A stretch of DNA of 64,000 nt from Hydrolagus colliei (Eukaryota): positions 12,648,001 to 12,712,000 of the forward strand of contig CM068749.1 in the NCBI GenBank assembly GCA_035084275.1, in the 5' to 3' direction. The position numbers were made by a program, and so were the translations under genes. Below are positions 12,001-21,000 of this stretch, piece by piece (the stretch's first letter is position 1; every line of letters begins with the position of its first letter). The notes beneath the pieces are model-generated. The model saw nothing but the letters and a program-made list of their open reading frames with translations. It was not told the DNA's origin and made no database searches.

Positions 12001-15000
12001 GGAGTGCTGTAGCGTATTGGTTAAAGCGCTCATCTCACAAGTGAGAGGACCCAAGTTCAATTCCCAGATGGGGCAACACCTTGGACAACTTTCCTATACT
12101 CCACATGCCACTGTTTACCTAGCAGAAAGAAGGATCCCGGTTGTGGTTGTTAGTCGATTGGCACATTGCTTTCCAGGGGTAATAATCCGTTCAAATAAGC
12201 AAATAAATAAATAATAATTTGATCACTCAATCCTTGACTGTTTGTAATCCTTGCATTGGATATACCACGTTTCATATCTTTTTACTGTTTATGGGGTACT
12301 GTTATGCTAAATTTTCTGTTTATGCGATACTGATATGTGCAATTGGCTTTTCCATTTACGGGTTTCTAACTGAACACTAATGCTTTACAGTGCTGGAGTA
12401 GGACGCACTGGCAGCTACATTGGGATTGATGCTATGATGCAAGGCCTTGAGGCTGAAGGTCGAGTGGATATCTATGGCTATGTTGTTAAGCTTCGTCGAC
12501 AACGCTGTCTCATGGTGCAAGTTGAGGTATGTGCATCTTCTATCACTCCTGGAGAAAAATCCCTCCCTGCCCTATCTACTGTCTTGTAGGCTTCTGAACA
12601 CCTACCTCTCTGGTCTTCCTCCTGCAATGACCTACCCTCCTTGGTCACCCTTCTAAACAACTCCCTCTCGGCCATCCTTGACATGCTTGACCTCATGATA
12701 GCTCGCAATCCTTCCCTCCACACTTTTGACCGTGTCTCCCACTCCTTGCTCACTTTCATCATTTCCTGTATGAAACCCACCACTTTGACCCCATCTCTAC
12801 ACCTCTCCTCATCTCCCAGCTTCACCTCGTTGACCGCCAGTACCAGACCTTGTTAACCTCTCCCTATTCACTGTCTGGCATTGTACTCCCTAAAGACAGC
12901 AGTCGTCACCCCTGCCCTCAAAAATCCTTCCCTCGACCCATCTCTGCTTCCTAACTACCACCCCATTTCAAACCTTCCTTTTCTATCAAAGGATATGGAA
13001 CGAGTCGTCACTTCCCAACTATGCTTATCCACACTTTTATTATGTCCTAGCTTAACTTTGACAACTGTCTGCTCACTGGACTTCCCAACTCTTTCCTCCA
13101 CAAACTGCAGATTATTCAGAACTCTGTAGCCTGTATACTCCTGCACTTATGCTACTTCTTGCCTGGCTTCATTGGCTCCCCGTTCCTCAAAGAATTGAGT
13201 CCAAAACTCTTGTTCTTATCTTCAAGGCCCTCCACAGTCTTGCTCTCCCCTTATCTCTCCAACCTCATAACCTCATATCAACCTGTCCACTCCCTCCACT
13301 TGGTGGATACCAGTCTGCTCTCCCTGAAAATATTCCCGTTCAAGTCCCTTGGTGATCAGGCATTCAGCATGAGTTTAACAAATGTTTGCTCCATTTCAGG
13401 CTCAGTATATCCTCATCCATCAGGCTTTGCTGGAGCACTATATCTTTGGGGACACTGAAATTAGTTTGTCTGAGCTGCCCAAGGACCTAATTAACCTGAA
13501 AAGGAAAGACCCAGTTTCTGAGCCATCCCTGCTGGATGCGGAATTCCAGGTTAGTCAATTGCAAGACCTATAGAGTTCATAAGCCCATGTTTTCGTCCAC
13601 AAATATACAGTCAATTCACTTTACAGTATAATCTGTGAAATGCTTTGAGACACCTAGAAGACGTAAAAAGCACTACATCAAATGCAAGGATTTATTATTA
13701 TTATATGGATGCTGATATCCAAAAGATATCGGCAGGCTGCATATTTATGTCATGGGAATTGAGGCACGGAGCACAAACTGTTCAGATGAATTTCAGGAGG
13801 TAATTCTAATTGCCTTTTGGAAGGTGATACTTAGCAAAACAAGACTGAAGTAACATAAAAGCACATGGTAACAAAATAACTTGTCTCGATATGCTATTTT
13901 AGGGATTCTGAATTACATAAAGGAAGCAATATAACATTATATTGTAACAGAATGCATTGTTATTGTTTGCAAGGCAATGAAAATGGCAACAGTTAAAGTA
14001 TCCCCTAAGTGGACATTTGTCAAACACTGATGAATTATTTTATGTTCAGATGATCGCTAGTTTGTGCTTAATCATCCAGTACCTTGGAACGTCCTTCCAA
14101 TGGGAAAGGCACTATGTAAAATTAATTTGTTGTTATTGTTTTTGTGTAATGTGATGCAAGACTTTGGAAGAACTATTCATTAGAGCCATGTTGGATTCAG
14201 AAGAAATGGGAGTTTTCTCAAAGGAACGATCTTTAGTCATCATAGAGTTTTATGATCTTTTTATTCAGTACTACATCCCAGTTATAGTACAGGCACTCCT
14301 CTTGTGATTCGAATAGTTACTTGTTAGTTCGAACCGTTGAATCTTGGAGGACAGCCAACACATATATACTCAGTTCGCTTTCTTTGTCCTACAGGACCCA
14401 ATCAGTTAAGACAGTCTTGCCCAACCAACATGCCCATATTAGGAGCGTTATCCAATGGTCACACACAATTGCTATATTTCTACAATACACGATTACCTGG
14501 TCACAAACTTCTGATCTGGTCTAAATCAGTCTAGACTGCCACATACACACAAACGTGTTGTTACAGAGTCAAACACAAAACTGCTACATTCCAACAAGCC
14601 ACATATAGTTAGAGTGAAAAGGGTGGAAATGTTAAATCTTTTACATACTATTCAGTGATACAAATGGAACTGTTGTATTCCAGTACGTGTGAAATTATAG
14701 GGATTGAATCCTAAATTTAATCTTTCAGAGAATCCCAATTTATGAAGTGAAATCACAGAAGAGCGGAAAATTGACCGAAAATCAAAGTAAAAATCGGTCC
14801 ATTTCGGTGATTCCATGTGAGTATCAAGTGTGCCTCTGTTTTTTCTAAGGTTCATTTGCCAGAGAGACATGTGGTGCTTGCTTCTGGTCAGTAGTGAGAG
14901 GGCTGGTCTTCTTGGTGATCAGCTAGTTGCCTTTACAAAGCACATTTCATCAAAATTGAAAGAGGTGCATGCAAGGCAGCTGAGAGCTGATTATGAATTA

Positions 15001-18000
15001 AACCCCAAGTTGCCTCATTAACCTTAAAGCTGCGTAATTTATTTCATTTTCTTTTCATGTCTGTGGCAACCATAGAAAATATAACGTCTACAAGATTTGC
15101 AAAATTGTGCTTCTTGCTTCTGCCAAAGGGACCATTTGCTTCTCCACAAGACAAATCAAGGATGACTTACACAGGTTGATCCTTAGGGATAATTATCCTT
15201 AGGGATAATCGAGGCCGAGATTCAAACGTGCAACTGGGAGCCAAGTAGCCACCAGCAAAGATGCTGGCTTATGGTTGTGAAGAAAATACTTTGAAACAAA
15301 TGATTTTAATGATGTAACTTACTGTGGAGATTAAAAATGTACATGAATAAATTAGTATATAGAATATGCAAATAAAATATGAATACATTCATCTTCTGTT
15401 CGCATTCATGGCACTAATCTATTTGCACCAGATTAAATTGTGCTGCTCATGAATCTTCTCATAGAATATCTTACTGTCCATTTCTAGTGAGGATCCACTT
15501 CCAGGAGGCAGAGTGCAACCTTCGAGAAAATATAAAATTTTCTTCCCCTCACCATGTTTCAAAGCCTCCTCCCTTTCCCTGGTCAATGCCCTTTCAGAAA
15601 AATAGCATTGAAGGTGGTGCAAGCTCTGTTAAAATGTCCCAAGGTCACTTTGTCATGGCTCGCCAACCACGCTATTTCCTTAACTTGGGACATCCACCTC
15701 ACGTAAAAGGTGTTATACAAATGCAATTTTGTTGTTGTTAGCTGCTAAATAAAATACTGCTTGCATTTATTTTACCACTTTATCAACAACTTGTATAGTG
15801 CCCCCATACAGAGTAGCATCCTAGAGCGTATTGAAATGTGTCACATTGAAATGTGTACATTATGTGAAACCTCAAAGGGTTTCACATAATGTACTCAGAA
15901 TACAAGAGATGTTTAGTGTAGTTAGTGTAGTTCTTTCTGTCAAATACTAAGGTGCGCGTGTAATTAACTGCGGACAGTTACTCCCTCCCTGTGTAACTTT
16001 CTGTATGCAATCAACAGTGGACAGAAAGTTACAGAGAGAGGGCATTATGCTTTACTTCCAGGCTATGCTTGAATGATGACCATATGCTTTGTAATTCCTC
16101 CCATGTTACAGTTGAATATAACCGAGTGACCGTCAAGCTGGTTGATGAGAAAAGCAAAGAAAGTGAAAATGACTCTGAAATGGACTCTGATGATGACGAC
16201 GACGATGATGAATGCACAAAATACATCAATGCTTCCTTCATAGATGTATGTACCAGTGCAAGAAATGCATGTTTTACAAACCAAAACATGCAATATGCAA
16301 AAAGCACTCCCTTGCTCCTAAGCACTAAAGTCATTTTTAGAATCCCAAATGCAACCCTGGCGAGGAACAACCAACTGACCTCACAGATCAGCGGATGAGT
16401 TTGGTATCTTCCAAGTGTGAATAGCTCCATTCCACTCCTTCCCATTTTAGGCAGACAGTTCTCAGAGAACTCACTTTTCCTTTATTTCCTCATGGACAAA
16501 CCACATTCCATGAACAAATCACGAATCTCTTTTGTTGACCTGCACTCAGGAACGGAGCATCTTCCATCGGGATGGGCTACAATCTGGTCTTAATTTTACT
16601 ACCTTAAACAGTGGGACGCTACTCGGACTAAACGGAAATGTCAAGGCCGTTTGCACTTTCACTTTGCAAAACAGCCCAAAGATTATTATTTAATGCATGT
16701 TGATATCTGAAACAAAAGTAGCTGATTGAAGAAATTGACTCATTCATAATATGTTTTCAATGTACTTAGTACTCGAGTTAACAACGAAATAATATCTGCA
16801 GGATTATGCAGTTACCTTCTCTCTTTCCCCCTTCCAACCATATATTTTGTCTTTTAGGGTTATTGGCATACAGAATCATTGATTGTCACTCAGACTCCAC
16901 TGCAGGAAACCATTGCTGATTTTTGGCAAATGGTATTTCAGAAAAAGACTGGATTCATTGTCATGTTGTCTAAATTAAAAGAGGATACTGAGGTAAGTGT
17001 CAAAGATGAACTCTTCATTTTTATGAACAGTTACAAGGCTCAGGAGTACAATGCTGGGATGGTATATTTTACCATCCAGCAAATTTCATTCAAAGCCAAA
17101 GGTGCCAGCATTACAATGATGAACAGGTGAAGATGTCATGAGTCAAAAGAGCAGTTGTAATTCTGAATTGTACCAATGCAATACAGTATTTGTTTCTTCC
17201 ATTGATACCAAATCTATGTAAAATACATGACACTGTGTTTGATTACATTTGTCTTAAATTAATATTTTTAATTATTTAGGATTTTACAGAGTACTGGGGA
17301 GAGGAGGACAAAACCTACGAAGATGTTGAAGTCAAGCTGACTGACTGTAATAAAGGTCCTGAATTTAACGTTCGTACCTTTGAAATAAAATGTGGAAAGG
17401 TAATGCTCCCAGTCCTACACATACAACTAATATAACTTCCTGTTTTTGAAATAATCTGCACAATTAATTCAATTTGAATACTGCAACCTGTGAATTTAGC
17501 ATTATGGAATTTAGCATTGTGTTAGAGAGCGATGTAGTTAAGTCTGAAGCAAGAGTCTTAAATTTAAATAGAGGCAACTTGGACATATGAGGGAGGATTT
17601 AGCTAAAATAGACTGGGGAATTAGATTAAAGGATATGAAATAGACCAACAATGGCAAATGTTTAAAGGTATAGTACATAATTCCCAGAGGTCACATATTC
17701 CCACGAGTAATGAAAGTATCACAGCAGTTAGGGAAAGTATAAAATTAAAAGAAGAGGTCTATAATACTGCCAAAAAGAGCAGTAAACCTGAGGATTGGGA
17801 GGTCTTAAGGGACCAACAAAGAAAAACTAAGAAACTGATTAAGAGGGAAAAAATGGATTATGAGGGCAATCTAGCTGGGAACATAAAGACAGATTGCAAG
17901 AGCTTTTACAAATACACTAAGAGGAAGAGACTAGCAAAATTAAATGTGAGCCCATTACAGGTAGAGACAGGAGGAATTATAATGGAGGATAAAGATATGG

Positions 18001-21000
18001 CAGAGTCGTTAAATAAATACTTTGCTTCTGTCTTCACGTTAGATGTCACTAAAACTTCACCAGAAATGGAGGTGAACCAAGAAGCTAATGTTAGTGAGCA
18101 ACTTAGGACAATTAACATCAGCAAATAATTAGTACTAGGGGAACTGTTGGGATTGAAAAATAACAAATCCCCTGGACCTGATGGTCTGCATCATAGTGTT
18201 TTAAAAGAGGTGGCTGATGAGATAGTGGATGCCTTGTGCTTGATCTTCCAAAATTCTCTGGATTCTGGAACAGTTTCCATTGATTGGAAGATCGCAAACA
18301 TAACACCACTATTTAAGAAGAGTGGGAGAGAGACAATGGGGAACTATAGATCAGTTAGTCTGACATCGGTGGTAGGGAAAATTCTAGACTCCTCGATTAA
18401 GGACATCGTAGTGGGGTATTTAGAAGACCATACCATGATTAGGCACAGTCAATGTGGCTTTACAAAGTGGAAGTCATGCTTAACAAATCTTTTTGAGTTT
18501 TTTGAGGATGTATCTGGCAGGTTAGGTGTGGGAAACCAGTAGATGTAATATATTTAGATTTTCAGAAGGCATTCGACAAGGTGCCACATAAAAGTTGATA
18601 CACAACATTAAGACCCATGGAATTAAAGACAATACATTAGCATGGATCAAAGAGCGGCTAACGGGAAGAAAACAGAAAGTAGGGATAAACAGATCCTTCT
18701 CAGATTGGCAGGATGTGACTAGTGGAGTGCCATAAGGATCAGTGCTCGGGCCTCAACTATTTACAATCTATATCAATTATCTATATGAGGACATAGAACT
18801 TAAAATATCTAAAATTGCAGATGATACAAAGCTAGGTGGGAGAGTAACCTTGGATGACACAAAAAGAATGCAACGGGAAATAGATAGGCTAGGTTAGTGG
18901 GCAAGAATGTGGCAGATGGAATATAATGTGGGGAAGTGTGAAGTTATTCACTTAGGTTGTAAAAACAGAAAGGCGGTTCATTTTCTAGAAGGGGAGAGAC
19001 TAGATAGTGTTAGTCTTCAGAGGGATTTGGGTGTCCTTGTACACCAGTTGCAAAATCTTAATATGCAGGTACAGGAAGCAGCTAGGAAGGTTAACAGCAT
19101 GTTGGTGTTCATTACAAAAGGGTTAGAATATAAGAGTAGGGAAGTTTTACTGCAACTATATAGGGCCTTTGTGAGACCATACTTAGAATATAGTGCAGTT
19201 TTGGCCTCCTTATTTAAGAAAGCACATACTCATCTTAGAGGGGGTGCAGGGTAGATTCTTTAGATTGGTTCCTGGGTTGAGGGGGTTGAGCTATGAAGAT
19301 AAGCTATGTAAACTAGGCCTATATTTTCTAGAATATAAAAGAATTAGACATGATTTTATAGAATCCTATAAAATTAATAAGGGGCATGACAAACTATAAC
19401 TAGGGGTCACAGGCTTAAGATTAGGGGGTCAGCATTTTGGCACAGGGTTAAGGAAACACTTCTTCACTCAGAGGATAGTGAATTTATGGAATTCTCTACC
19501 CCAAAGGGCTGTATATGCTCAGTCCTTGAACATATTCAAGACTGAGATTGATAGATTTGTTATGGATAAAGGGATTAAGGGATATGGGGATAAAGTGGGC
19601 AGGTGGAGTTAGATTAGAAGATCAGCTATGATCTTATTGAATGGCGGGGCAGGCTTGAGGGACGTAATGTCCTTCTCCTTATTCTTATATTTTTATTCTT
19701 ATGAAACTAACTGTGGTCCTATTAAAAAACAAGACGTGGCTCCACATTGGACTTTTTACTTATAAAACACTAGCCTAACATTCCAGTCAATATTGTGGGA
19801 GCACTATATTGTCGGAGGTTCCATATGTCTGATGAAGGGTTAAAGCAAAGTTGTGTCTGCCAGTTCAGGTAAACATTTAGAATCCCGTGACACTATGCTG
19901 GCTAACAATCTCCTGATAACATTGACCATTCATTTCAGGGCTATTTGTGCGACATTGGTGTTTGTAAATTGATCTTTACATTCACCGACAAAGTGTACAG
20001 TAACTTCACTTTGTACTAAATCCTGAGAAGGACTTTGATATGTTTTGATGTGTGATATCTCAAAAACAAGGGTTATTATAGTTATAATATTATTGAATTT
20101 TCATCAAGCTTTTTGATTGAATTGATAAAAACCTTTTTCAGCTGTGTAAGAAGATTTAAATAAATGAAATATATATAATCTTTTTCAGTCAAGTGAAGCC
20201 CTTACAGGAGAATATTTACCACCTTTTACAGTTGCAAAGTATCAGACTATCACGAGAGATGTCATTGAATATAAGGTGTAAATTGCAACAAAGATTGGGC
20301 CTTGAAAAATGTGTTGAATATTGTCTGTTTAGTCTAATTATCAGTTTGCCAATGAGAGTTTCCTGAGAAAGAAGCAGTTTTGGAAATGTATTAGGTGTGA
20401 TTGGAGGAGGGTGTTACATAGGCAATAATGAGGAGTCAATGACATTTGGAGATTTACAGGTCAGGGAATGTCTGAAAATGTTAATTCATACAGCTGAGAA
20501 TTTACACTTCAACTAGGTGAGAATATTATAAAGGTTGCATTTTAAGAACTGTTAAGACCCGGAACTTAATAGGGGGAGAATATAAAATAGGTCATGTGTT
20601 GATAGTGTATATAATGCTCTGAAATACAAAGAAAAAATGGCGAGTATTTTGCACAGATGAATAGAGTAGCAAAGAGAAACATGCAGAAGTCATTTGCTTT
20701 GCTTACAAGCCTCTAATTCCAGCTACTTTGAACTCCTGAATATTACTAGTTGTAATAGTTCTGGAGGAACATATTGAAAGCATATTGCACAAGTTTGTAA
20801 GAGCCAAGACTTTAGAGACCTTAAAGTGTGCATTGTGAGAGTGATGGAAGTTAACCAGCTAAAACAAGGCACTGGTAAACTTCCTGCTCTGGACCGTTCT
20901 GCTCTTTGGGGTGCTTTATACCACGTGTCCCACTGCCTCCCTGAATTGGAGAATGAACAGTGCCCAGGTAACCCTTCCTGTGTGAGTATATATAGTACTC

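Noticed and set aside
14321-14524. ORF containing SWRT, reminiscent of the human CD45 D2 first exon
   Set aside because: Coincidental; the true exon with KNR..VIP and proper splice sites is 14729-14816.
15183-15210. Resemblance to the I-SceI site (TAGGGATAA)
   Set aside because: Only 9 of 18 bp match; explained by a local quasi-palindrome duplication.
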